DNA of 64,000 nucleotides from Gemmatimonadota bacterium (GCA_022562295.1 JADFPO010000005.1:9753-73752), one strand, 5' to 3'; shown: positions 45,763 to 55,549, counted from the stretch's first letter. Notes: generated by a model not told the origin, from the sequence alone. Made by a program: numbers and translations.

Positions 45763-46898
45763 CGACTCTTCGACGGGGTCACGCGCTCGCCGATACTCAC
45801 CAACACCCCTGTGGCCAACATCGAGACGATGAGGTTGGAACGCCCATACGAGATAAACGGGAGCGGGAGTCCGGTGGTGGGAACGACCCCGAGGGTTACA
45901 GCCATGTGGAGAAACGCGGTGACGCCGACCAGCGAAGTGAGGCCCACCGCGAGCAACGTTCCAAACCGATCTCGCGATGTCCGGGCAATGCGCAGACCCA
46001 ATCCGACGAACGTCACAAACAACAGGATGAGCACCGTTACGCCGACGAAACCCCATTCCTCGCCGATGGTGCTGAAGATGAAGTCCGAATACCCGTAGGG
46101 AAGGTAGCCCATCTTCTGCATCCCCTGACCAAACCCGACCCCGAAGAGTCGTCCGGCCCCAATTCCCGTCAGCGATTGCTGAATTTGCCACCCGGAATCC
46201 GCGTAGTCGGTTCCCGGACCGAGAAAAGTCAGCCAGCGCTGCATGCGGTATTGGATCGCGGTCACCTCACGCCATGCGAACGGAACCGCCACGAGACCGA
46301 TGACGATGAAATGCCCGATGCGAGCACCTGCGGAGAAGAGTACGATCCCAGCGAGCAGACAGACCGACAGGGCCATACTCAGCGCGGGCTCCAACAAGAT
46401 GAGCCCGGCCACGGGAACGAGCACAACCAAGAACGGCAGCAGGCCGCGGTTAAACTCGCGAATCCGGTTCCCCTTCTTAGCTGCGAGCATCGCGGTCCAA
46501 ACCAACACGGCAAACTTTGCAAACTCAGACGGCTGGAAGGAAACGCCGCCGATCCCGATCCACCGGCGTGCCCCGTGAATTTCGAGCACGATCGCGCTCG
46601 CAAACGGGAGCAGGAGAATCAACAACAGCAGCGACACAACTCCGAGGAGCTGCCACGCTATACGCTGCCACACGTGGTAGTCCATCCGAGCCGCTACGAA
46701 CAACACCCCCCCACCGATCGTCACGCCAACGAGCTGTCGTAAGGCGAACACCGAACCCGGCTCTCCGCTTTGTACCGCAACGATGCTCGAGGCACCATAT
46801 ACCGCGGCCACACCGAACACGACGAGCCCAGCCGTGATCAGTAACAACAAACGGGTTTCCCAAGTGGGCAGCGGTGCCGACCGAGCTCGGGCCCTCAC
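45759..46898 (-). CDS. ftsW: SEDS-family peptidoglycan glycosyltransferase FtsW
   Basis: 379 aa polytopic membrane protein with ...QPSEFAKFAV... and ...SDFIFSTIGEEWGF... Confidence 0.9.
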   Translation of the reverse strand: MRARARSAPLPTWETRLLLLITAGLVVFGVAAVYGASSIVAVQSGEPGSVFALRQLVGVTIGGGVLFVAARMDYHVWQRIAWQLLGVVSLLLLILLLPFASAIVLEIHGARRWIGIGGVSFQPSEFAKFAVLVWTAMLAAKKGNRIREFNRGLLPFLVVLVPVAGLILLEPALSMALSVCLLAGIVLFSAGARIGHFIVIGLVAVPFAWREVTAIQYRMQRWLTFLGPGTDYADSGWQIQQSLTGIGAGRLFGVGFGQGMQKMGYLPYGYSDFIFSTIGEEWGFVGVTVLILLFVTFVGLGLRIARTSRDRFGTLLAVGLTSLVGVTAFLHMAVTLGVVPTTGLPLPFISYGRSNLIVSMLATGVLVSIGERVTPSKSR

Positions 46899-48268
46899 AA
46901 TTCCGCCACCATCTCCTTGAAGGAGTCGCCACGCTGCTCGAAATCCCGAAACTGATCGAAGCTAGCGCACGCGGGTGAGAGAAGGACCGCGTCACCCCCA
47001 GCGGCGGTCGCCTGCGCCAAGGTGACGGCATCGTCGAGCGACGACGCAACTCGAAGGTCCACGGCGGCACCAAGGTCGCGGCGGAATCGCTCTGCCGCTT
47101 CGCCAAACGCGATGACCGCTCGGCATCCCTGGAGGTGGGGGATCAACCGGCGAAGGTCTTCGCCTTTTTCCCGACCACCCACCAGCAGCACGAACGGGCG
47201 ATCCATGGCGCTCAGCCCCACGGTGGTCGACGCGACGTTGGTCGCCTTCGAATCATTGATCCACAATACCCGCCCTACCTCCCGCACCGACTCGAGTCGG
47301 TGTGCCAGTGGTTGAAAGGTTTCCAGCGCCGCGGGAATTGCGGAATAGTCGAGGCCTGCGGCGGCAGCGGCGAGAATCGCGGCGAGAGCATTCTCAACGT
47401 TGTGGTCTCCGAGGAGCGACAGACGGCTGCGTTCCATCAACGGGGCTGATCCGACCATGAGGTCGCCTGACGCCCGATCCCACCACGCATCCGCGCGACT
47501 GCGGGTACTCCAGCGCTGCCGCTCACCGAGCGTGTCGCCGGCCAGGGATTCGACAGCCTCATCGTCACCGTTCAAGATCCACACCGACTCGTCGGTGCCG
47601 TGTTGAAAGAGCCGTTTCTTGTCGGCGTAGTACGACTCCAGGCTGTCGTAACGGTCCATGTGATCGGGCGCGAGGTTGGTAAGTACACCGACGCTGGGAG
47701 CGAGATTCGGCGCATCGTGGAGCTGGAAGGACGACGCTTCTACCACGACCCAATCCAAGTCGGCCTCAGCCAGTTCGATCAGCGGCCGCCCGATGTTACC
47801 CGCGGCTTCGGCCTTGATACCACCGGCTTGCAACAGATGCGCTGTGAGCGCCGTAGTGGTTGTCTTCCCATTGGTACCGGTCACCACAACCGTTCGCGTC
47901 CCCGCCAACGCTCGCACCGCGAGATCCAACTCCGCGACCACTGGGATGCCGGACTGTCGAGCTACCACCAAGGGCGCGGCCGTTGGGGGGACCCCGGGTG
48001 ACACTACCACCGCGGCCGCTGCGCCGATGCGCTCCAGGTCGTGGGTGCCCAGATCGACAGCGACGGACTTGGCTCGCAAACGCTCGGCGGCTGCGGCCAG
48101 CTCCGGCCTGTCGTCGGCGTCCGAGGCATAGACTCGGGCACCATGGTCGGCCAACCATTCGCCGACGGCGACACCGGTCCGGCCAAGCCCCACCACTGCG
48201 ACTTCTTTCTCGACCCACTCGGTCGGAATCAGCGGATCTTCAGTGTGGCGAGAGCTAGCAGTGCGCAA
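46895..48268 (-). CDS. murD: UDP-N-acetylmuramoylalanine--D-glutamate ligase
   Basis: 457 aa with ...VAVVGLGRTGVAV... and VTGTNGKTTTTAL. It overlaps the mraY 3' end by 40 nt. Confidence 0.9.
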   Translation of the reverse strand: MRTASSRHTEDPLIPTEWVEKEVAVVGLGRTGVAVGEWLADHGARVYASDADDRPELAAAAERLRAKSVAVDLGTHDLERIGAAAAVVVSPGVPPTAAPLVVARQSGIPVVAELDLAVRALAGTRTVVVTGTNGKTTTTALTAHLLQAGGIKAEAAGNIGRPLIELAEADLDWVVVEASSFQLHDAPNLAPSVGVLTNLAPDHMDRYDSLESYYADKKRLFQHGTDESVWILNGDDEAVESLAGDTLGERQRWSTRSRADAWWDRASGDLMVGSAPLMERSRLSLLGDHNVENALAAILAAAAAGLDYSAIPAALETFQPLAHRLESVREVGRVLWINDSKATNVASTTVGLSAMDRPFVLLVGGREKGEDLRRLIPHLQGCRAVIAFGEAAERFRRDLGAAVDLRVASSLDDAVTLAQATAAGGDAVLLSPACASFDQFRDFEQRGDSFKEMVAEL

Positions 48269-49347
48269 AGGATTCCCAGAATGTAAAAACGCGAGACGAT
48301 CAGCGGTTCAGGCCACCCGGCCTGCTCAAAGTGATGGTGGAGCGGCGCCATGCGGAACAACCGATGCTCGCGGGCATGATCCAATCCGTACTTCCATTTC
48401 CGGTACTTGAACACTCCGGTTTGGAGAATGACCGATCCCGCCTCGGCCACGAACACGCCACCCACAATCAGCAAGAGGAACTCGGATTTCAACAGAATGG
48501 CCACTGTTCCCAACGCTCCACCAATGGCCAGACTTCCCGTATCACCCATGAACACCTGCGCGGGATGGGCATTGTACCAGAGAAAGCCGAGTGCAGCGCC
48601 CATAAACGACGCGCAAAAAATCGTGAGTTCGCCCGAGTTTTCCAAATAGAAGATCTTGAGATACTCGGAGGTGTCCACTCGGCCGGTCACGTATGCGAAA
48701 ATGGCAAACGTTCCAGCCGCTATCACGGAGAGCCCCGCCGCCAGTCCGTCGAGTCCGTCCGTTAGATTGACCGCGTTGCTCGACCCCGTAGTCACCAGGG
48801 CGACGAACAACACATAGAACACCGGTGTCAGAGGTACCAGGACCTGGAAGAACGGTACGGTTATCGCATCGGACGGGACGTCCAAAGACAGTGGAAACCG
48901 CCACAGGTAGTATCCAAGGATCACTCCGAAGGTCAACTGCCCGATCAGCTTGTACCGCGCCACCAAGCCACGGGACTTCCCCTGCACGATCTTGAGATAG
49001 TCGTCGACAAATCCGATGGCCCCCATCCACAAGATCGCAACCAGCGCGACGATCACATACCCGTTGTCCAGTCTGGCCCAGAGCAGGGTGGGGATCACCG
49101 TACACACCAGAATGATCAGCCCCCCCATGGTGGGCGTGCCCCGTTTGCTCTGGTGTGAGGTCGGGCCATCCGCACGGATGACCTGTCTCACGTTCATCGA
49201 TCGTAGCTTCTCGATGATCGGGGGCCCCACGATGAACGTCAAAAGGATCGCCGTCGCCGCGGCGCCCGCCGCCCGAAACGTGATGTAAACGAACACATTG
49301 AGCGGGCCGAACGTATCGGCGAGCGGCGTCAGAAAGTAGTGGAGCAC
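48229..49347 (-). CDS. mraY: Phospho-N-acetylmuramoyl-pentapeptide transferase
   Basis: 372 aa with ...PTMGGLIIL..., NAVNLTDGLDGLA and MGDTGSLAIGG. The start codon is GTG. Confidence 0.95.
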   Translation of the reverse strand: MLHYFLTPLADTFGPLNVFVYITFRAAGAAATAILLTFIVGPPIIEKLRSMNVRQVIRADGPTSHQSKRGTPTMGGLIILVCTVIPTLLWARLDNGYVIVALVAILWMGAIGFVDDYLKIVQGKSRGLVARYKLIGQLTFGVILGYYLWRFPLSLDVPSDAITVPFFQVLVPLTPVFYVLFVALVTTGSSNAVNLTDGLDGLAAGLSVIAAGTFAIFAYVTGRVDTSEYLKIFYLENSGELTIFCASFMGAALGFLWYNAHPAQVFMGDTGSLAIGGALGTVAILLKSEFLLLIVGGVFVAEAGSVILQTGVFKYRKWKYGLDHAREHRLFRMAPLHHHFEQAGWPEPLIVSRFYILGILCALLALATLKIR

Positions 49348-49404
49348 TGGTGCCGTTTCAGCCTGTCTCCCTAAACGAACGGAGGATAGGGTATGTAGGT
49401 ATTT

Positions 49405-49418
49405 CGAGTATCTACTCG
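49405..49418. repeat. Perfect 14-nt palindrome CGAGTA-TC-TACTCG
   Basis: Read directly in the 86-nt murF-mraY spacer. Function unknown. Confidence 0.9.
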
Positions 49419-49433
49419 CCCAGCCGCAATGGA

Positions 49434-50777
49434 CTAGCTCCCGTTCTCTCCTGCAAGCACAGGGATGATACGCTCCAACCGAACGCCGCGCGATGCCTTG
49501 AGCAAAACCAGCTCGTCGCCGCGCAGGCGTTCCCGGACGGCGTGGCCGAGTTCCTCGACGTCATCCGACACAATCAAGCGATCTCGAGACAACCCAAGCG
49601 CCTCGAACGCCGGAGCGAAGCTCCCCGTCGCGCCGACCAGAACCGGCTCCGCGCGTTGGATGGCCTCGGCGGCCTCGAGATGGAGCCGGGCCTCACTCTC
49701 ACCGAGTTCGAGCATCGAGCTGACCACGACGACCAACGGTCGCTCGCCGCGAATCTTTGTCGCCGTATCCAACGAGGCTAGCAGCGACTCCGGGTTGGCG
49801 TTGTACGTGTCATTCAGTATGTGCACGCCCCCGCGCTCGATCAGTTCGCACCTGCCGCGCGGAAGGGCGACCTTCGCCAGCGCGTCGGCCACGCCGGACA
49901 GGTCGAGTTCTAGGACGGTCGCCACGGCCAGCGCCAGCATCGCGTTGTCGCCTTGGTGCCGACCCATGACCGGGAGATTGATCGCTCGTCCCCCAAACGT
50001 CAGGGTCACCTTCCCGTCGTCCCGGACAACCCAATGCTCGGGTGACACGTCCGCACTCCGGTCCAGCCCCGCGGACACGACACGATTGCCGGCGTCCCGG
50101 GCCGCGACCATCAGCGCAGGCGGGCGGGTCCCGACCACCGCGACCGGCACGTCGCGCACCAAGGATACTTTCTCCCGCAAGACCGCATCGAGTGAGCCAA
50201 ATCCCTGGAGATGACTGGCCGACACATTGGTGACGACGGCGAGGGTCGGCTGGATAATATCTCGCAGCCGCGCGATTTCACCCGGCTCGCTCGCTCCAGC
50301 CTCGACGACAAGTGCGTCCGTGCGGTCCGGAGCGGCGAGGATCGTCTGCGGGACACCGATCAAGTTGTTCATGTTGGCGGGGGTCGAGTGCACGGTCCAT
50401 CTCGTTCCCAAGGCCGCGGCCAACATCTCCTTGGTCGATGTCTTACCGTTGGTCCCCGTCACCGCAACTACTGGCCCCACGACCTCGCCGCGCCGGGCGG
50501 TCGCCAACGCGCCGAGTGCGATGAGCGGATCGTCGACCTCGAAGAACTCGAGGCCCTCTACCGACCGAGTGCCCCGGCGTACGATGGCCGCGGCCGCGCC
50601 TGCGGCGTGTGCCGCCTCGAGAAAGTCATGGCCGTCGAACCGATCGCCCGTGAGCGCAACGAACAACGCTCCGGGGGGCAACATTCTCGTGTCGGTGCTG
50701 ATATCGGAAAAAGACGTGGCACCGCCCATCCCCGTGTTCAGGGTTGCTGCCACGGTCTTGGCGGTCCAGCCGGTCAC
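49434..50777 (-). CDS. murF: UDP-N-acetylmuramoyl-tripeptide--D-alanyl-D-alanine ligase
   Basis: ORF 49434..50891. I prefer the GTG at 50775-50777 (VTGWTAKTVAATL...), which makes a GTGA overlap with the murE stop. Motifs: ISTDTRML.PGALFVAL.GDRFDGHDF and VTGTNGKTSTKEM. Confidence 0.9.
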   Translation of the reverse strand: MTGWTAKTVAATLNTGMGGATSFSDISTDTRMLPPGALFVALTGDRFDGHDFLEAAHAAGAAAAIVRRGTRSVEGLEFFEVDDPLIALGALATARRGEVVGPVVAVTGTNGKTSTKEMLAAALGTRWTVHSTPANMNNLIGVPQTILAAPDRTDALVVEAGASEPGEIARLRDIIQPTLAVVTNVSASHLQGFGSLDAVLREKVSLVRDVPVAVVGTRPPALMVAARDAGNRVVSAGLDRSADVSPEHWVVRDDGKVTLTFGGRAINLPVMGRHQGDNAMLALAVATVLELDLSGVADALAKVALPRGRCELIERGGVHILNDTYNANPESLLASLDTATKIRGERPLVVVVSSMLELGESEARLHLEAAEAIQRAEPVLVGATGSFAPAFEALGLSRDRLIVSDDVEELGHAVRERLRGDELVLLKASRGVRLERIIPVLAGENGS

Positions 50778-52240
50778 GATGTCGCCTGGCCGCGGAGCAC
50801 GGCCGACACGATCTGCCGCTCGTCGAATGGCCGACGTTCGGTCCCGACGACCTGATAGGTTTCGTGCCCTTTTCCCGCCAGCAAGAGACAATCGTCCTCG
50901 CGCAGCAGCCCCATGGCTCGCTCGATGGCCTCGCGCCGGTCGGTGATTCTCAGGTGCTCGTGCCCGTCAATGCCTTCCTCGATGTCATCGATGATGCGGT
51001 CCGGATCCTCGGTCCGCGGGTTGTCCGATGTCACCACGACCAAATCGGCGCCTCGAGCAGCGATGCGCCCCATCACCGGACGCTTTTCCCGGTCACGATC
51101 GCCGCCGCATCCGAACAAGACGACCAGTTTGCCTGATGTGAGTTGACGGGCCGCGTTCACGGCGCGGTCCAGCGCGTCAGGCGTATGGGCGTAGTCACGC
51201 AGAATCAAGCAGCCCTTTGAGTCAAGGCGCTCCATGCGACCCGGCACCTGGGGAGCGGATGCCAGGCGCGACACGATCTCTTCGAATGGCTCGTCGAGGC
51301 TCCAGGCGAGAGCGGCGGCGGCGAGGGCGTTGCTGACGTTGAATTCCCCCAGGAGTGGTGTGCGCGCACCGACGGCGCGATCGCCGATGTGAAGCTGGAA
51401 ACTGGATCCTTCAGATCCCATGCGCAGGTCGGTCGCACGAACCATTGCGTCGGGCCCAGTCCCGAAACTCACGCGGCGAACTCCATCACGATGGGGCAGA
51501 GACGCCCAGTGGGCCTCGTCCGCGTTCACGACCAGCGCGCCGTCTGGACGAATCTTTTCGGCCAACTGCGACTTCGCACGAAGGTAATCATCGAACGATG
51601 AGTGATAGTCGAGGTGATCGTGAGTAAGATTGGTATACACGCTCGCGGCAAACACGACGCCGTCAACGCGGGACTGACTAAGAGCGTGCGAAGACACCTC
51701 CATCACCACCCGTGTCGCGCCGCGGTCGCACAGCTCCGCAAGAGTTTCCTGGAGCTGCACGGAGCCCGGCGTGGTGAGCCCCTCTTCATACAGCGGTGCT
51801 CCCTGACCGTCGAACGCACCCAGCGTCCCAACAGAAGCAACGTCGGCATCTCGATTCAAGAGATGTCGAATCAGCGCGACCGTGGTCGACTTGCCGTTGG
51901 TCCCCGTCACACCGATCACGGCGAGTTTGTCGGCCGGCCACCCGAACCACTCAGCCGCGGCAATCGAGGTGGCGGCGCGGCTGTCATCCACGACCAGTTG
52001 GGGCAGCGCGACATCCTGTCGGTGGGTGACGATGGCCGCTGCCGCGCCTCGTGATGCCGCATGGGACACGTAGGCGTGACCGTCCTCGGTTGTGCCGTCG
52101 ATCGCACAAAAGAGCCACCCGGGCCGCACCCGCCGGGAATCTTCGGTGACGCCCAGAATATCCGGCGGCTGTTTCTCCGAGGCCTCGATCAGCCGGCCTC
52201 GCTCGTGCAGCGCTTGGCGGATGCGGTCATAGACGCTCAC
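50774..52240 (-). CDS. murE: UDP-N-acetylmuramoyl-L-alanyl-D-glutamate--2,6-diaminopimelate ligase
   Basis: 488 aa with VTGTNGKSTTVAL and the C-terminal DNPR motif (TSDNPRTEDP). The DNPR motif is taken as the meso-DAP determinant. Confidence 0.9.
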   Translation of the reverse strand: MSVYDRIRQALHERGRLIEASEKQPPDILGVTEDSRRVRPGWLFCAIDGTTEDGHAYVSHAASRGAAAAIVTHRQDVALPQLVVDDSRAATSIAAAEWFGWPADKLAVIGVTGTNGKSTTVALIRHLLNRDADVASVGTLGAFDGQGAPLYEEGLTTPGSVQLQETLAELCDRGATRVVMEVSSHALSQSRVDGVVFAASVYTNLTHDHLDYHSSFDDYLRAKSQLAEKIRPDGALVVNADEAHWASLPHRDGVRRVSFGTGPDAMVRATDLRMGSEGSSFQLHIGDRAVGARTPLLGEFNVSNALAAAALAWSLDEPFEEIVSRLASAPQVPGRMERLDSKGCLILRDYAHTPDALDRAVNAARQLTSGKLVVLFGCGGDRDREKRPVMGRIAARGADLVVVTSDNPRTEDPDRIIDDIEEGIDGHEHLRITDRREAIERAMGLLREDDCLLLAGKGHETYQVVGTERRPFDERQIVSAVLRGQATS

Positions 52241-54153
52241 TGCAGGCCGCCGCGCGATCCTATCACGGTCACGAGCGCCCCTTTTCGCACTCTGGTGCCC
52301 GGCGCCGGTGTCACGGAGTCGACCGGTCCGCTGCCGATATAACGCACGCGCAGCCCCGATTGATGCAGTCTCCTCGCAGCAGCACGGACACGGAGGCCGA
52401 TCACGTCAGGGACGACTCGTTCGAGCTCTTGTTCCCCGCGAGGCTGGGCCGGCCAGGTCAGCACGTACGGCACGATGCCGTCATCTACGGGCGGACCCGG
52501 CCTAGGCACCGACGGCGTGGCGGCCAGATCCAACACCTCCGTCTGGGCGGCCAAGATCTGCTCGAGCACGGACCGCGTGAGCGGGGCCGCCGTGGCGCTG
52601 GCGTACGTGCCTCGCGGATCCTCCAGCTTGACGACCATGACCAGCTGTGGATCGTCGGCGGGGAACATCGACGCAAAGCTGGCGGTGTACGAGCCGGCGA
52701 CGTATCCGTTCGGGCCAGCACGTCTCGCCGTTCCGGTCTTGCCGGCCACCTCGTATCGCACGAGGGCGGCGGTCGTTCCCGTTCCCCCTTCCGACACCGC
52801 GTCTCGCAACATCTCACGTAGCTCGCGCGCAGTCGATGCACCTACGACCCGCCGCACCGGCTCCGGCCGGTGGCGATAGACTTCCTTCCCATCCGGGGCA
52901 ACCACGCGGTGAACCAGCGTCGGGCGAAGCAGGATCCCACCGTTCGCGATGGCGGCATAAGCCGCAGCCAGTTGCAGCGTCGTCACCGCCACCTCATACC
53001 CGATCGCCAAACTCGCTGCGGTTGTCGAACTCCACTTCGACGGTTTCGAAAGCAAACCTGCCGATTCGACCGGGAACTCAACCCCGGTGCGGGTCCCCAG
53101 TCCGAAGGCGCGGAGCATCGCGTATTGCTGCTCCGGCGTGAGCCTGTCGGCGAACTTGACGATGCCGATGTTGCTGGATCGCCGGACCACACCGCGCAGC
53201 GTGAGCCACTGCTCGACGTGGTCATCCTCGATGACCCGGTTCCCCAAGGTATAGCGCCCGTTCTCACCCCACACGGAGTCCGTTGGTGACACGAGTCCGT
53301 GCCGAAGCAATGCGGCAGCCGCAAAGATCTTGGCCGTGGAGCCGGGTTCGAACACCGAGGTGAACACACTGGCCGGGGCACTGCCGTCCGCGCGGCGGGC
53401 TGCCACGGCGAGCACCTCCCCCGTGGTAGGATCCAACACCAACACGTCACCACCGGCCGCCCCGAGACGGTCGATAGCCTCGGCCAAGCTGCGCTCGACA
53501 ATGTCCTGGAGTTCCGCATCAATCGTCAGATACACGTCATGCCCCGGAACCGGAAACGCGTCGAGGCGAGACGGTGACTCGTACCGGCGGCCGAACTGGT
53601 CCCGCAACACCACCGCGCTTCCCTCCCGTCCGGTGAGGAGTGTGTCGAGCACCCGCTCGATCCCGCTCGCGGGTCGGCCCGGGGCGAGCGGCCTCCCCAA
53701 CGCAGCACGAGCGAAGTCGGGATTGGGATGGTATCGGGTCAACTCGGAAGTCAGATACACGCCGCGAATGCCTCGCAGCGGCTGGACATCGCTCGAATTG
53801 AACGGACCATGGAAGTAGGCGTAGTCCCGCTCGAACATCTCGGTCACGTACGACATCGACTGTGCGAGGTTTTCGACGATCGCGATCGAGGCGGTCGCAG
53901 CATTCTGCAGCTCGTCGGGGTCCACTCCCACGTGGAACGTTTCATGGGTCAGGGCAAGCGGGACGTGATTCCGATCGTAGATCGCCCCGCGAGTCGGCGG
54001 CAGTGCGATCCGCTCTGTCCGCTGCGCGCGAGCGTTCCTCTCGTAGGCGGCGCCGTCCACAAGTTGGACTTGCGCGGCGCGTGCGATGAGCACGAGGGCA
54101 CCAAGCCCGTATCCCACTTGCACCGCGCGCAACCTGAGAGCGGATCTCGCCAT
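52237..54153 (-). CDS. ftsI: Penicillin-binding protein FtsI/PBP3-type transpeptidase with C-terminal PASTA-like domain
   Basis: 638 aa. Motifs are the STAK-type active site (PGSTAKIF), SSN and KTGTA. The last ~60 aa (VPDVIGLRVRAAARRLHQSGLRVRYIGSGPVDSVTPAPGTRVRKGALVTV) look like a PASTA domain. Confidence 0.85.
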   Translation of the reverse strand: MARSALRLRAVQVGYGLGALVLIARAAQVQLVDGAAYERNARAQRTERIALPPTRGAIYDRNHVPLALTHETFHVGVDPDELQNAATASIAIVENLAQSMSYVTEMFERDYAYFHGPFNSSDVQPLRGIRGVYLTSELTRYHPNPDFARAALGRPLAPGRPASGIERVLDTLLTGREGSAVVLRDQFGRRYESPSRLDAFPVPGHDVYLTIDAELQDIVERSLAEAIDRLGAAGGDVLVLDPTTGEVLAVAARRADGSAPASVFTSVFEPGSTAKIFAAAALLRHGLVSPTDSVWGENGRYTLGNRVIEDDHVEQWLTLRGVVRRSSNIGIVKFADRLTPEQQYAMLRAFGLGTRTGVEFPVESAGLLSKPSKWSSTTAASLAIGYEVAVTTLQLAAAYAAIANGGILLRPTLVHRVVAPDGKEVYRHRPEPVRRVVGASTARELREMLRDAVSEGGTGTTAALVRYEVAGKTGTARRAGPNGYVAGSYTASFASMFPADDPQLVMVVKLEDPRGTYASATAAPLTRSVLEQILAAQTEVLDLAATPSVPRPGPPVDDGIVPYVLTWPAQPRGEQELERVVPDVIGLRVRAAARRLHQSGLRVRYIGSGPVDSVTPAPGTRVRKGALVTVIGSRGGLQ

Positions 54154-54155
54154 GC

Positions 54156-54443
54156 CTAACGTCCTTCGTTTGCGGGGATTCGCAGGATGACGATTTCGCT
54201 GTCGACCGGCAGACGCAACCCAAGCGACTCCGCTCGGGGCACCAAGACCGCCCGACTGCTGGCGGCCCGAACGCGACGGAGCAACTCAACCCTCCGCGCT
54301 TCCAGCGCGGATCGCTCGTCTTGGACACCCCGGAGTTCGATCGCGGTCACGTGCGCGGCCGTCTGGCGGGCAACAACCCAGGCAAGCACCCCGAGAAACG
54401 ACACCAGCCATAACGCCACCCAGCCCCGTCCCCGGACCTTCAT
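54156..54443 (-). CDS. ftsL: Cell division protein FtsL
   Basis: ORF 54156..54605. The start MKVRGRGWVALWLVSFLGVLAWVV at 54443 makes an ATGA overlap with the rsmH stop. It has one TM helix followed by a coiled-coil-like segment, in the canonical position. Confidence 0.75.
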   Translation of the reverse strand: MKVRGRGWVALWLVSFLGVLAWVVARQTAAHVTAIELRGVQDERSALEARRVELLRRVRAASSRAVLVPRAESLGLRLPVDSEIVILRIPANEGR

Positions 54444-55348
54444 GTCATTCGAAAAGCGCGTAGCTTCGCGCTCCGGGCTCTGGGGTTTTCGGCGATCTCC
54501 TCCACGGTTGGCCGTGTCGGTTTCTTGGTCATCACGCGTCCTAGCGGTTCGCCGCGGCACGCACACACTGGCTGGCTCGGGGGGCAGACGCAACTGCGCG
54601 CCCAATCTCGAAACGCGTGCTTCACGATGCGGTCCTCGCCGGAGTGGTATGTCAGCACCACCAGCGTTCCACCGGGTGCAAGTGCATCGCGAATCGCCGG
54701 CAGTCCGACCTGCAACTCGGATAACTCCTCGTTGACCGCGATGCGCACCGCCTGGAACAACCGGGCGAAGTCGGGAGTACCGCTCCGGGGGCCTAGGACC
54801 GCGCGGATCGCGTTGACCAAATCGTCACTCGTGGCAAGCGGCCGATCCGCACGCCGGCGGATCACCTCGCGCGCCAACGCGGCCGCCCGACGTTCGTCGC
54901 CAAATTCCCGAAACACCCGCGTCAGTTCGTTCTCGGAGATCTCCGCCAGGAAATCGGCGGCGGTATCGGGTTGGCGGGGATCCATGCGCATGTCCAGCGC
55001 AATTCCGCGGCGGAGGGAGAAGCCCCGCCGGTCTGCATCAAGTTGCAGCGACGAAACCCCGAGATCCAGCACTGCGAAGTCCGGCCGGAATCGAACGATG
55101 TCACGCCGCACGGCGGCGTCAGCGAATCGGCCGTGCAACACGGTAACGTCGTCTCCGGCGAACCGTGACCGCGTCGCGGCCACGGCCTCCTCATCCCGAT
55201 CGATAGCGAGCACGGCGAGCCCAGCCTTGACCAGCACCGCCACGTGACCGCCCCCACCCGCGGTACCGTCCACCCCCCGGCGGCACCCCGAACAAAGGCG
55301 CTCGAGGGCCGACACGAGCACGGGAACGTGAGAGATCGTGATCGTCAC
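54440..55348 (-). CDS. rsmH: 16S rRNA (cytosine1402-N4)-methyltransferase RsmH (MraW)
   Basis: ...HVPVLVSALERL...DGTAGGGGH... SAM-binding motifs. I prefer the GTG at 55346-55348 (VTITISHVPVL). The ORF-track start is a TTG at 55384. Confidence 0.85.
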   Translation of the reverse strand: MTITISHVPVLVSALERLCSGCRRGVDGTAGGGGHVAVLVKAGLAVLAIDRDEEAVAATRSRFAGDDVTVLHGRFADAAVRRDIVRFRPDFAVLDLGVSSLQLDADRRGFSLRRGIALDMRMDPRQPDTAADFLAEISENELTRVFREFGDERRAAALAREVIRRRADRPLATSDDLVNAIRAVLGPRSGTPDFARLFQAVRIAVNEELSELQVGLPAIRDALAPGGTLVVLTYHSGEDRIVKHAFRDWARSCVCPPSQPVCACRGEPLGRVMTKKPTRPTVEEIAENPRARSAKLRAFRMT

Positions 55349-55412
55349 TGAGAGGAAACAACAGAGGCCCCGCTTGGAGATCAAGCGGGGCCACCGAAAC
55401 TTTGCAAATCAG

Positions 55413-55486
55413 CGGGGCTGACGGGACTTGAACCCGCGACTTCCGGTGTGACAGACCGGCACTCTAACCAACTGAGCTACAACCCC
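55413..55486 (-). tRNA. tRNA-Asp (anticodon GTC)
   Basis: The minus strand reads GGGGTTGTAGCTCAGTTGGTTAGAGTGCCGGTCTGTCACACCGGAAGTCGCGGGTTCAAGTCCCGTCAGCCCCG. The acceptor stem has 7 bp, the anticodon loop is CTGTCAC, the T-loop is TTCAAGT and the discriminator is G. CCA is not encoded. Confidence 0.9.
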
Positions 55487-55549
55487 TTGGAAAGCGGGGT
55501 TTCAATGTACTAACCCCTCACCAGTTAATTCAAGTCGAGCGTGCCCGAT

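Noticed and set aside
44671-46191. 506-aa ORF as an extended MurG
   Set aside because: The first 143 codons overlap ftsW in another frame and are His/Arg-rich nonsense. MurG homology starts at MKVLLAGGGTGGH (45762).
55383-55502. The 7-mer AGCGGGG occurs three times around tRNA-Asp; considered as att-like partial duplications of the tRNA 3' end
   Set aside because: The matches are only 7 nt long in very GC-rich DNA. There are no longer flanking identities, and no integrase lies adjacent.
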